In this document: positions 1 through 8,922 of the stretch, in pieces
How positions within the stretch are numbered: position 1 is the stretch's first letter
How the letters are laid out: each line of letters starts with the position of its first letter
Source: an uncultured Acidobacteriota bacterium
Lineage (GTDB): Bacteria; Acidobacteriota; Thermoanaerobaculia; Gp7-AA8
NCBI GenBank assembly: GCA_963741955.1
Contig: CAVUKB010000007.1
Location: 992,001 to 1,056,000 of the forward strand
DNA: 64,000 bases
Reading direction: 5' to 3'
Translations under genes and position numbers: made by a program
The notes under the pieces: model-generated
Database searches by the model: none
Told to the model about the DNA's origin: nothing
What the model saw: the letters and a program-made list of their open reading frames with translations, nothing else

Positions 1-239
1 CGGACGTCGGTGACCGGAGCAGGTCCCTCGGCGAGAGAGACGTCGAAGAGGAGATCGACGGTCAGCTCCGTCGTCCCGCCTCCACTCTGCAGCAACGGGT
101 CGTCGATCACGCCTGGTTGGCTTCCCGCGCCGAGCAGAGGTCGAATGCCCGCCCAGCGCCGTATCACCACACTCTCAGGGTTGAGCATGCAGGCGATCCG
201 TTCGCCGGTCTGTTCGACGAGAAACGCTACGCGGTCCAC
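1..239 (-). CDS. Partial CDS, contractile injection system tube-initiator-like protein (Afp7/Pvc7, CIS tube-like N-terminus); continues beyond the window
   Basis: Not in the ORF track because it runs off the edge. Manual translation from GTG at 239: MDRVAFLVEQTGERIACMLNPESVVIRRWAG...GGGTTELTVDLLFDVSL. The 'LNPE...L.LDLLFD' pattern fits CIS tube/initiator proteins, and the start overlaps the upstream gene's end. Confidence 0.65.
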   Translation of the reverse strand, partial: MDRVAFLVEQTGERIACMLNPESVVIRRWAGIRPLLGAGSQPGVIDDPLLQSGGGTTELTVDLLFDVSLAEGPAPVTDV

Positions 240-1189
240 GCGGTCCCCCGTTGCTCTTCATCGAGACGCCGCAGATGTTCGCCGTCAACCGCGCCCTCCT
301 CGCGGTCCCTGATGGTCGTCGGGATGAAAGGAGGGAGGTCCGGGAGCGCCGGCCACCGGTCGTTCAGGTCCGGTGGCGGAGGCAGCTCCGTCACCGCCCG
401 GCGGGACCGAACCGGCGGAGCGGTGTCGACCGACGGCCACTGCAGACGCGGAGGCTCCGGTTCCGGAGCGGAAAGGGAGAGCGACATGGACGTGCGAGAA
501 GTCCCGGCACTCGAGGCAAGAGGCGGCACTTCTTCTGCGGGATTCGACCGGGTCGCGGTGGGCGTCTGCGCCGGCGCTTCCGTGTGCAATCGCGGAGGTT
601 CGGTGCGGGGCGCCGGTTCAGGCTTCCGTGTTCGTGGCAGTGTCGAAGCATCTCGGGGCAGAGGCGGCTTCGCCGTTGTGTGCTGCTGCTGGTTCCGCGG
701 TGAATCCGGAGGGACGGAGTCCCCCCGGGTGGCGCGGGACCGCGCTTTCAGAAACGTCGCGATGCGAGGGGGGCGAGAAGCACGATCCCGTACGACGGCG
801 GGAGATCCGTCTCTACGTGTTCGTGGCTCGTCCGAGTGTTCTTCGCGATCGCCGGTTGCTCTCGAGAGTCGAAAGATCCGCATCGACGTTTTCGATGAGG
901 GGCGAGGCGTGTTACATCGCCTCTCGGGAGTGGATGTCGACGGACCCGGATTCGGCGGCTCGGGCCGGAATCGTGGCGGTACAGGAGACGCCGGACCACC
1001 CTCGTACTTCAACAGCTGCGGCGCGCTCCTGCGCACGCGCTCGAGCCAGCGTTCCGGCGGCCCGGCGTCGAACGACGTCGGCGATGGATCGGCGGGAGGT
1101 GAGGGGCGCTCCTCGAGCGCCTCCAAGCCGCGTATGAGTGCACGCCGCAGAGCGCGGCGCAGTGCGAGCCAGAGATCGTGACCGCTCAT
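227..1189 (-). CDS. Pro/Arg-rich hypothetical protein of the eCIS locus (~320 aa)
   Basis: ATG at 1189 overlaps the tube gene stop (ATGA). Low-complexity middle; N-term 'GPPERWLERVRRSAPQLL' and C-term 'RWPALP...RRLDEEQRGTAW'. Confidence 0.6.
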   Translation of the reverse strand: MSGHDLWLALRRALRRALIRGLEALEERPSPPADPSPTSFDAGPPERWLERVRRSAPQLLKYEGGPASPVPPRFRPEPPNPGPSTSTPERRCNTPRPSSKTSMRIFRLSRATGDREEHSDEPRTRRDGSPAVVRDRASRPPRIATFLKARSRATRGDSVPPDSPRNQQQHTTAKPPLPRDASTLPRTRKPEPAPRTEPPRLHTEAPAQTPTATRSNPAEEVPPLASSAGTSRTSMSLSLSAPEPEPPRLQWPSVDTAPPVRSRRAVTELPPPPDLNDRWPALPDLPPFIPTTIRDREEGAVDGEHLRRLDEEQRGTAWTA

Positions 1190-1680
1190 GCCACCGCTCC
1201 TCCTGCCGGTGCCACGCGCTCGAGGGTCTCGTAGACGATGGTCATCGACTCGATCGCGATCTCGCGCGCCATCGCGTCGAGAGGGGCGGCGTTCCACCTC
1301 GAAACCCACGCCTGCGCCAGATTCCAGCGCATCACTTCGCGTGCACCATCGCTGTCGTAGAGGACGATCGAGACGTTGCGCCGCTCGACCTTCCCATTGA
1401 CGCCGCTCAGCATCCAGTTCCACAGATCTGCGGAACTGGTTAGCCCGTAACGGAGCGTGATGTCGGCGTACTCGACGGGCCCGGGGATCCGTCGCACGAT
1501 CCGGCTCCGTCCCTCGGCATAGCGGATCGCATGCACCGATGCCCCCATCCCGCTGCATTCAGTGAACGCGGCGTCCGCAACGCCCTGGATCTCGACTCGA
1601 AAGTTGTAGCCGCGGTAAGGATCATTGACCGTACCGGTGTTTCCTTTGCTCGCGTTCTTGGTCGCGTCCTGATCAGGCAT
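1186..1680 (-). CDS. Phage tail tube protein (T4 gp19-like, Afp1/Afp5 family)
   Basis: DPYRGYNFRVEIQG...FTECSG...IRYAEG...PG..EYADITLRYG...LWNW...RRNVSIVL...RWN..AW..RW...LDA...IAIE motif set. Confidence 0.93.
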   Translation of the reverse strand: MPDQDATKNASKGNTGTVNDPYRGYNFRVEIQGVADAAFTECSGMGASVHAIRYAEGRSRIVRRIPGPVEYADITLRYGLTSSADLWNWMLSGVNGKVERRNVSIVLYDSDGAREVMRWNLAQAWVSRWNAAPLDAMAREIAIESMTIVYETLERVAPAGGAVA

Positions 1681-2917
1681 TGCCGCCCTCCTGTTCCACC
1701 TGCGCGCCGGCCGCGCTCTGGCCGATTCGGAAGATCACGAACTCCGCGGGTTTGACCGGCGCCACGCCGATCCGGATCACCACCATTCCCGCGTCGACCA
1801 CCTCGGGCGGATTCGTCTCCCGGTCGCATTGCACGAAGAAGGCTTCGTCCGGGGTCGCGCCCGCAAGGGCTCCCGCTCTCCAGAGCAGCATCAGGAAGGC
1901 GCGCACGTCGCGCCGGATCTGCTGCCAGAGCGGATCGCCGTTGGGCTCGAACACAACCCATCGGGTGCTTCGCTCGATCGATTTCTCGATCATGCAGAAG
2001 AGCCTGCGGACGTTGAGGTAGCGCCATTCGCTTCCGGGGGGCGCGATGGTGCGTGCTCCCCAGATCAGAATTCCGTCGGGATCGAACGAGCGGATGCAGT
2101 TCACGCCGTTCGCGTTGAGGTTGCCCTGCTCCGCGTGTGTGACGGTGTAGGTCAGGCCGGTCGCGCCGCGCAGAGTCTTGTTGGCCGGTGCAACGTGGAC
2201 CCCGCGCTCTGCATCGGTGCGCGCCCACACGCCGGCGATATGTCCGGAGGGGAACATCTCGATCGTGTTCGCAGGTGCGAAAGGGTCAGGTGCGAACAGG
2301 TTCGGGAAATAGACCGTCCCCATCCCGGTGGCCGAGGCGCGCGGTCGCGCACCGGACGAGGCTTCCCGTTCCGAAGCTGGCGGGGGCGTGTCGTCGCTTC
2401 CGGACCGCGTCTTCTTTGAGCTGGCGGTGGCCGATGCCACCTTCGTCAGAAGATCGAGATCGCGGATTCCGGATGGTGAGTCGAAAATCGCGACGCGATC
2501 CTTCATCTTCTCGCAGTGAGAAAGGATCGCTTCGTAGCTCGCCGCGTCGGTGTAGCCGGGAGCGGCGACGATGGCCACACTGTCGACCTCCTCGAGTACG
2601 TCGACGCCCTTCCGTCCCGACGCATCGCCGACGAGCTGATTCTCGGGGCCGACATTGACCACGTAGCAGAGTCGGCCGCCGTTCTGGAAAAATCCGAAAA
2701 CAGCGTTCGACAGCGGCGTGCTCGTCGCATCGGGAGACGCGAGCTCCTTGCGGAACTGTGACCAGTTGGTGATCGCCACCGCCTCGTTCACACGCGCGCG
2801 CGCGTTCGGAGCCTGGCCGACGAAGCCCGCGGTGCTGGTTCCGACCCCTTCGATCGGGCGCGCGCCCGTCGATACCTCCTCGACGTAGATCCCGGGAGTC
2901 AAGTACGAAGTCGCCAT
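1673..2917 (-). CDS. Contractile tail sheath protein (Afp2/3/4 family)
   Basis: N-term YLTPGIYVEEVS.GARPIEGVGTSTAGFVG; FFQNGG..CYVV; PSGHIAGVWARTD..RGVH.APAN; WGART; WRYLNVRR; VFEPN; GVAPVKPAEFVIFRI. Confidence 0.96.
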   Translation of the reverse strand: MATSYLTPGIYVEEVSTGARPIEGVGTSTAGFVGQAPNARARVNEAVAITNWSQFRKELASPDATSTPLSNAVFGFFQNGGRLCYVVNVGPENQLVGDASGRKGVDVLEEVDSVAIVAAPGYTDAASYEAILSHCEKMKDRVAIFDSPSGIRDLDLLTKVASATASSKKTRSGSDDTPPPASEREASSGARPRASATGMGTVYFPNLFAPDPFAPANTIEMFPSGHIAGVWARTDAERGVHVAPANKTLRGATGLTYTVTHAEQGNLNANGVNCIRSFDPDGILIWGARTIAPPGSEWRYLNVRRLFCMIEKSIERSTRWVVFEPNGDPLWQQIRRDVRAFLMLLWRAGALAGATPDEAFFVQCDRETNPPEVVDAGMVVIRIGVAPVKPAEFVIFRIGQSAAGAQVEQEGGNA

Positions 2918-3589
2918 TCATCCCTCCAATGCACTCTCGTCGAGCGCGACGCGAAGTCTTTCGCCCGGACTGGTCCGAACCGTCATGACCTGGCCCCTGG
3001 CACGTATGACCACCGAGACAGGCCTGTCCGCTGGAATGGTGGGGAAGTGAAACGAGCCGTTCTCGTCCGTCCTTCCGTAGAGCTGGAGGGCGGGAACCTC
3101 GATCTTCGCGCCGGCGATCGCCGTATCGTCCGGTCCGAAGACGTCGCCGGCGAGCGACGCGGTCTGAGTCCCTTCGACGACCAGCGGATGACGGACGAGT
3201 GGTGCTCGCTCTTCGGGACGCTCTACACGCAGAGGAACGCGAACCACGAAAGCGGGTCGGGGTGCGATGTGGAACGCGTTCCAGAGGTCGAGCGGGAGTG
3301 GATCGAGTGAGACCTTCCACGACGTCACGTCCATTGCGGCGAACGCCAGCGTTCCGAGCCAGTCGTGGCTCTTCGGGACGTCGCCTCCCGACGTCGTCAC
3401 CAGATACTCCAGGATCAGCTCCCGCGGTGGGCGTCGCGAGGTACGGGGCGCCGGGACCGGCACCATCGACAATAGAGTGATGTGGACTGCGGGAGATTCG
3501 TCCATTGAGGGAGGCGCCACATCCACATCCAGGTCGGGCACGATGCTCTTCGCCCATTCCACCAGTTGCCGGTCCGTTTCGCCGATCAC
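2918..3589 (-). CDS. Pvc16/Afp16-like (DUF4255-like) tail cap protein with C-terminal carboxypeptidase-regulatory-like beta domain
   Basis: Directly upstream of the sheath gene. 'L.LEYLVT...LG.LAFAA...LWNAF....RPAF' N-domain, then 'G.V.GPD..IAGA.IE.P.L....TD.NG.F.F'. Likely GTG start at 3589. Confidence 0.7.
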   Translation of the reverse strand: MIGETDRQLVEWAKSIVPDLDVDVAPPSMDESPAVHITLLSMVPVPAPRTSRRPPRELILEYLVTTSGGDVPKSHDWLGTLAFAAMDVTSWKVSLDPLPLDLWNAFHIAPRPAFVVRVPLRVERPEERAPLVRHPLVVEGTQTASLAGDVFGPDDTAIAGAKIEVPALQLYGRTDENGSFHFPTIPADRPVSVVIRARGQVMTVRTSPGERLRVALDESALEG

Positions 3590-4221
3590 GTGTTCTCCAT
3601 TCGAGATCCTGGGGTGCGTTCGCAAACGGATCGCGTCCGGGCTTTGTGTGGCCGGGACCCACCCCGTCTCGCGAGCCTCGTCAGGCGCCGGTGTGCCACC
3701 GTCTGGACCTACGTCTCGTGAGAGGTGCGTACGACGGTCGAGCCGAAGGCCTCATACCCCTGAGTCCGTCCAGGGCAAACGGCTGAATTCCCACCCTGAC
3801 GCGCCGCCCGTGAGCGTCATGAATATTTGCTATCCGTACAAACTGGGGTGAGACGCGGAGATCTTCAAGGAGAAAAAGTTGGTGTAACCTGCTGAATTCG
3901 AGCTGCGACTTCAGCGCGGGCCGCGTGTGGGCGCTTTCCCTCGGTGTGGGGGCGCGTGTGGAGCGAACTCATACACGCGAATCGTCAGGACTCGCGCCCA
4001 TTGCCGATACCATCGAATCGATGCCGCTTCTGCCACCGACCCGGGCGATGCTGCGGTCGGGCACGCGCCGCGATCCGCGCGGCGGATTACGAATCCGCAT
4101 TCAGGGCGGCATCCATGCTTCCTCCGCTCCCCTCGGCTACCACGTCGCGCTGTGCAACCCACAACCCCATCCGCGCGACTGGAATCGGCCCGAGTCGAAG
4201 TTGGTTGAAAGTAAAGAATTT

Positions 4222-4236
4222 TGCTAGAATTACACC
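4222..4236 (+). promoter_or_regulatory. Extended -10 promoter (TGcTAGAAT) of vapBC, probably leaderless
   Basis: TAGAAT at 4225-4230, ATG 6 nt downstream, no Shine-Dalgarno. Confidence 0.55.
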
Positions 4237-4506
4237 ATGCCTCTGAACATCAAGAATCCGGAAGTGGAACGTCTCGTGACGGAGCTCGCGGTCGAGACCG
4301 GCGAATCGAAGACTGAGGTAGTTCGGAGGGCGCTGCAGGAACGGCGGGCACGGCTCGCGCACGGTCGTCGCGTCGCGGACCTGAAGAGCATCCGAAACTT
4401 CCTCGAGCGGGAGATATGGAATCAGGTGCCTCGTTCACTTCAGGGACGACGGCTTTCGAAGAGAAAAGCCGAGAAGATTCTTGGATACGGGCGTGATGGA
4501 GTCTAG
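4237..4506 (+). CDS. vapB: Type II antitoxin VapB (Rv0623-like)
   Basis: MPLNIKNPEVERLVTELAVETGESKTEVVRRALQER...ILGYG..G; directly upstream of a PIN toxin. Confidence 0.88.
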   Translation: MPLNIKNPEVERLVTELAVETGESKTEVVRRALQERRARLAHGRRVADLKSIRNFLEREIWNQVPRSLQGRRLSKRKAEKILGYGRDGV

Positions 4507-4511
4507 CCGGC

Positions 4512-4901
4512 GTGATCGTCGTCGACAGCTCCGCTCTTCTCGCGATCATCTTCCGGGAGCCGGAGCATGACCGCATCCTGGAACGGTTGATTGGTGAGGA
4601 TGGCGCAGGCATCCCGGCACCGACCCTCCTCGAAGCGAGCATTGTCGCGTCATCCCGGCTCGGACGCGACGCGTCGGCGCTGATCCACAATCTCCTCGAG
4701 GAGCTCGAGATTGCGGTGATTCCGTTCGACGAGCGTCACGCGAGATCCGCACTCTCCGCATGGTTGCGGTTCGGCGAGAGACGACACCCCGCGGATCTCA
4801 ATTTCGGGGATTGCATTGCGTATGCAGTGGCGCAGAGGGCGGGGATGCCACTCCTGTGCGTCGGAGGCGACTTTCCGAGGACGGATCTCGAGCTCGCGTG
4901 A
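4512..4901 (+). CDS. vapC: Type II toxin VapC (PIN domain RNase)
   Basis: VVDSSALLAI..EPE, E in 'TLLEA', LNFGDC.AYA, LL..G.DF..TD. Confidence 0.93.
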   Translation: MIVVDSSALLAIIFREPEHDRILERLIGEDGAGIPAPTLLEASIVASSRLGRDASALIHNLLEELEIAVIPFDERHARSALSAWLRFGERRHPADLNFGDCIAYAVAQRAGMPLLCVGGDFPRTDLELA

Positions 4902-5226
4902 CGCAGTGAGCGTTCTCCGGCCGGGACCGTCGGTCACGAGGCGCCGCCGGTGCGCGCACTCTCGAGAATGGCTTGCGGGCGTGCGCGTCGTATCCGGATT
5001 CGTACGCGACGAGGCGGTCAGAGATGTCCTGGGTGCGGGGTGAGTGCGCTGCCGCGTTCGTTCTGTATGGACCGCCCGGTGCAGAATATTCTTCGTCAGA
5101 TGAGCCTATTCGCAGAATGAAGGTCGCTCGACGCGCCACCCACGCGCATTTTATTGCGTGCACCCGCTCGTGGCCGCGGGTCGCATCTCGGCACGGCCGC
5201 GTGCTCCCCGTCAAATCGAGGACCGC

Positions 5227-5433
5227 TCAACGCCCGCGTCGCCACGGCTCCTGCTGAGCGTTCATCTCCTCGATCGAGCGATAACGGTAGACGCCGGGAG
5301 GAAAACGAAGCCGGCTCGTCCGCTGCCCGAAATCCCAGACTCTCTCGATCGCGCGAGCCAGCTCCGGGGAGCCGGGCTGCCGCCAATGCGGCCGATTCAT
5401 TTCGTCGACGGAGCGAAATTTGCGGATCGGCAT
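5227..5433 (-). CDS. Small hypothetical protein (68 aa), partner of the nucleotidyltransferase
   Basis: Start overlaps the upstream gene's stop (TGATG); internal repeat RKFRSVDEMN / YRYRSIEEMN. Confidence 0.7.
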   Translation of the reverse strand: MPIRKFRSVDEMNRPHWRQPGSPELARAIERVWDFGQRTSRLRFPPGVYRYRSIEEMNAQQEPWRRGR

Positions 5434-5903
5434 CAGTCCTCCTCCAGAGAAAAACGTTCCCGCAGCAGTTCCGCGTCGGCGCGGTCCTGCAGGCGAGTCG
5501 TTCCTTTCTTCATCTCATAGAGAGTTCTCGGACTCACCACCGACACGGTCAGCTCGTCGAGGGGGATGCGCACGATCTCGAGATCGGGAAACCGGAACGC
5601 ATCACCGAGTCGGGTCAGAATGTCGACGTGAAACGTTCCTTCCGGCGGGATGTACTGGACGGCAGGGTAATCGCCCAGCAGGTCGTCGGCTGAGATCTCT
5701 GAGATGGAGTCGTCGTCGAACACCGCAGCGAGAGCTCGCTTGAGCCGCTCGACGTTTTCGATGGTGGGATCGATGAAGAGATCGAGGTCGTCCGTGAATC
5801 GTGCAAGTCCGTGGAGGTTGAGTGCCGCACCTCCGAAAACGGCATAGTGCACTCTCTCGCTCTCGAGAGCGTGCAGCAACCTTTTTGTGAGCGCGAAGTC
5901 CAT
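5433..5903 (-). CDS. Nucleotidyltransferase-fold protein (DUF6036/AbiEii-like)
   Basis: FGG.A.NLHG..RFT.DLD.F catalytic motif, VDIL, C-term 'MK....R.QD.AD...L'. Confidence 0.8.
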   Translation of the reverse strand: MDFALTKRLLHALESERVHYAVFGGAALNLHGLARFTDDLDLFIDPTIENVERLKRALAAVFDDDSISEISADDLLGDYPAVQYIPPEGTFHVDILTRLGDAFRFPDLEIVRIPLDELTVSVVSPRTLYEMKKGTTRLQDRADAELLRERFSLEED

Positions 5904-6125
5904 CAAGGGACATCATACGCGAACAGGAATCAACTCCAGTCGGCTGGAATCGCTCCAGCGGTCGCAGACCGGAACCCGTGTCGGAGCCGGGAGTTGGATT
6001 CCGGTTCGGGCATGCACTGGATCATCGCGTCGAGTCGTCGGCGCTGCGCGCTTCATCGAGAAGATCGCAGAGCAGCTCGAGCCGCGGGCGGGTCATGTGC
6101 GAAAGCGTCTGCTTGACCGCGGAGT

Positions 6126-6908
6126 TCAGTGCGTCAGTGCCTGGTTCACGCGCGTCCAGTCGACCGACTTCAGCATCTCCTGAATCCGGTCCTCCGCGCC
6201 GTGCAGTTCGATCACCACGTTCTCGAGGTACGGAGCGGCGGCGGGATGAACGAAATGGAAGTCGTAGAGGTGGTCCGGTTCGTTCTTGCGCGCCGTCTTC
6301 CAGTTGCCGAACACGAGGAGATAACAGTTCGGGATGTCGACTCCGCACACTTCGCCGGAGACCTTGCGGGCGATCACGTCGGGGAGCAGCGACGGGGTGG
6401 TCGAATCGAGAGCGGCGGCGTCGACGTTCGGGCTGTTCGCGCAGACGTCGATCGTCACTTCGCTCAGTTGCTCCATCCGCGCGTTGAGGGGGGCGAGCGC
6501 TTTCCATTCCGCGCTGGTGTCCTTCCCGTCCTTCGTCTTCGCGACGACCGCATCGGTGAGCGCTTTCGAGCGGTCGACGAGCGGTTTCAGGATCTGGTTG
6601 AACCGCGGCGAGTCCTGGACGACCGCCCAGGTTCGCGAGCCGCCGATGCAGTTGTCGAGCGGTACTCCGGGGTCGACCGAGATGCTGACGTCACTCGCGT
6701 CCGCGGGAAGGTCGTCGTCCTCCACCTGCCAGCTCGGATCGACGAAGCGGTCGAGAAGTGGCGTCATTACGCCGATGAACCGGTTCAGCACCCTTGCCTC
6801 GGCCGGTGTCGGCGCGCGGCGGCTCTGTGCGTGGCTGCTCGGAACGGCGATGAATGCGAGGAGCGCAGCCGCTCCCAGCGTGCTCACGAAACGAGGACCT
6901 CTGGCCAT
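6126..6908 (-). CDS. Secreted hypothetical protein (~260 aa)
   Basis: Signal peptide MARGPRFVSTLGAAALLAFIAVPSSHA, GGAGG RBS, protein-like composition. Confidence 0.75.
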   Translation of the reverse strand: MARGPRFVSTLGAAALLAFIAVPSSHAQSRRAPTPAEARVLNRFIGVMTPLLDRFVDPSWQVEDDDLPADASDVSISVDPGVPLDNCIGGSRTWAVVQDSPRFNQILKPLVDRSKALTDAVVAKTKDGKDTSAEWKALAPLNARMEQLSEVTIDVCANSPNVDAAALDSTTPSLLPDVIARKVSGEVCGVDIPNCYLLVFGNWKTARKNEPDHLYDFHFVHPAAAPYLENVVIELHGAEDRIQEMLKSVDWTRVNQALTH

Positions 6909-7133
6909 GGATCCGCCTCCTGACCTCCTCTCCCGGAGCGATGACGAAGGCCCCCCGACCTTTCGTGTTCCGTGAGAAATCGTAGCACGTCTGTACGCAC
7001 ATGGTCCTCGCCCGGCGGTCTGTTCATGATTCTGCCTCCGAACCGCCACGTCAACCTCGCCCCCGGTGGAGCAGTAGTTCGTGTCGTTGTGCTACTGACG
7101 AGTGCTGGCCTCGCGCCTGCAGCCCGTTCCGCG

Positions 7134-8582
7134 TCACGCCGTGTGGACGCGGTTGCGACCGGCGCGCTTGGCTTCATACATCGCCTGGTCGGCGCGGTCC
7201 ATGGCGGAGCGCAGCGATCCTTCGAAGGGGTCGATCGAGACCACGCCGAAGCTTCCAGTAATCTTCTCCACTCCTTTGATACTGCTCCAATCCGCTTCTT
7301 CGAGCGCGAGACGCAAACGCTCCGCGACATTCTGCGCGGTGTCGACGTCAGTGGCGGGAAGGAGGACCGCGAATTCTTCGCCGCCGATCCTTCCGATCAC
7401 TTCTCCTTCGCGGAGCACGCCGCGGCAGAGCGAGCCGACCCGGGCGAGTACGCGGTCCCCGACGGCATGTCCGAGCTGATCGTTCACTTCCTTGAACCTG
7501 TCGACGTCGAGCGCCACGAGTGCGAGCGGAGCTCCCGCGCGCCGCGACCGCAGCCGTTCGCGCTCCGCGATCTCGAAAAAGATCGGCCGGCTGAACGCTC
7601 CGGTCAGAGGATCGAATCTCACCATGTCCCGCAGTCGTTGATTATCGGCATACAGACGCGGCACGGTGAGGTTGAACAGAGAGATTCCTGCGATGGCGAT
7701 CATTCCGGCCTGGAGGTTGAACGCATCCTCTTTCGTTCCGAAGAATGCTGCCGCGACCGCCACGACGCCTGCGAGGATCGCCACCGCCGCTACCGACCGC
7801 ACTGCCCCCTCCGTGTGCGCGATCCAGGTGAGGGGAACGAGCAGGACGTACACCGTGAGGGCAACCGGAATGTACAGTCCGGAGAGCGTTCCGAGGGCTG
7901 CCAGCGCGAGAGCGAGAGCGGCGGACGCGAGCAGCTTCAGCCCGAAGACGGGAAAGAGCGTGGTGGGGCTTCCGACCCGCCGCAGCCCTTCCAGCCATCC
8001 CGACGACTGCAGACCGAGAAGGATTGCGGCCCGGTCCGACAGGACGACGAAAAGCGGTGCGAGCGTCACCACGGCGACCAGGTCCCCGATCCCCCACGGG
8101 ATCCCGTCGCGCTGGAGACTGATCTGGGACGTCGGCTGGGTGAGAGCGATGCTCGTGATGCCGGCGATGGCCGCGAGCGTGGCGGCGAGCGTGGCGAACA
8201 CCAGGAATCCGAGCACTGCCCGGGGAGTGCCGAATCTCTCCTCACCGTACAGACGATTGAACAGAGAGGCTCCGAGCCAGTATGCGAGGGAGTGGGCGAG
8301 ACCGAACGCGACTCCGGAAACGATCTGTGTCGCCCAGCTGCTCGGTGGACCGTACAGAGAGGTGTTCTCGAATGTCGTGACCACCGCAGCCGCAATCACG
8401 GCAACCGCCGCGGACGGCCCCATGGTGAGGAACATGGCGAAGCTCAGACCCGCGGGAGGAAACCAGAGGCTGGCGAACGGAGTCTGAGAGAGAACCCGTC
8501 CCCATTGCCAGACGCCGACCCACGCGGCGGCGAGGCCGAGCTGGAGCCACCAGAACCGGGTCGATCTGAAGGACGTGCGCAT
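7134..8582 (-). CDS. Membrane diguanylate cyclase (MASE1-like TM region + GGDEF)
   Basis: Multiple TM helices with SLWFPPAG; DPLTG, DVDRFK.VND.LGH.VGD, GRIGGEEF, ADQAMYEAK.AGRN. Confidence 0.92.
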   Translation of the reverse strand: MRTSFRSTRFWWLQLGLAAAWVGVWQWGRVLSQTPFASLWFPPAGLSFAMFLTMGPSAAVAVIAAAVVTTFENTSLYGPPSSWATQIVSGVAFGLAHSLAYWLGASLFNRLYGEERFGTPRAVLGFLVFATLAATLAAIAGITSIALTQPTSQISLQRDGIPWGIGDLVAVVTLAPLFVVLSDRAAILLGLQSSGWLEGLRRVGSPTTLFPVFGLKLLASAALALALAALGTLSGLYIPVALTVYVLLVPLTWIAHTEGAVRSVAAVAILAGVVAVAAAFFGTKEDAFNLQAGMIAIAGISLFNLTVPRLYADNQRLRDMVRFDPLTGAFSRPIFFEIAERERLRSRRAGAPLALVALDVDRFKEVNDQLGHAVGDRVLARVGSLCRGVLREGEVIGRIGGEEFAVLLPATDVDTAQNVAERLRLALEEADWSSIKGVEKITGSFGVVSIDPFEGSLRSAMDRADQAMYEAKRAGRNRVHTA

Positions 8583-8922
8583 CGCGACGAAACAGACGCA
8601 GAACCGCGAGGCGGTTCGCAGTCACCCGAACAGTCTAGCCCGGATTTCTCACGCCGTCCCGAACGGAGCTCAGCGGTCCAGGACCGTGACGGAAAAAAGA
8701 GAGGATGGGTACGGCGAGCCGGCGCAGGTGCGGCGCGTCGGGACGGACCGAGCGCCGGCGAAAGGGAGAATCGTCGACGGCGAAGAGAGTTGCGAAGTGA
8801 GATTCGCGAAAAAGGGGCCGATCAGAGAAGCGTGCCGCACCGGCGTGACGAGCAGCGTCACGAACCGGTGCGGCGCGGCGAGAACCCGGAGTGGATCATG
8901 CGCCGCCTGGTGTTGAGATTCG

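Noticed and set aside
1-3589. Tail genes as a prophage
   Set aside because: The operon starts with a Pvc16-like gene and has no head, packaging, lysis or integration genes on the visible side; the left side remains unseen
3770-3830. GGGCAAAC...GACGC resembling a c-di-GMP-I riboswitch upstream of the eCIS
   Set aside because: Lacks the GAAA tetraloop stem and downstream AAAGCC/P3 elements, and lies on the strand opposite the eCIS genes
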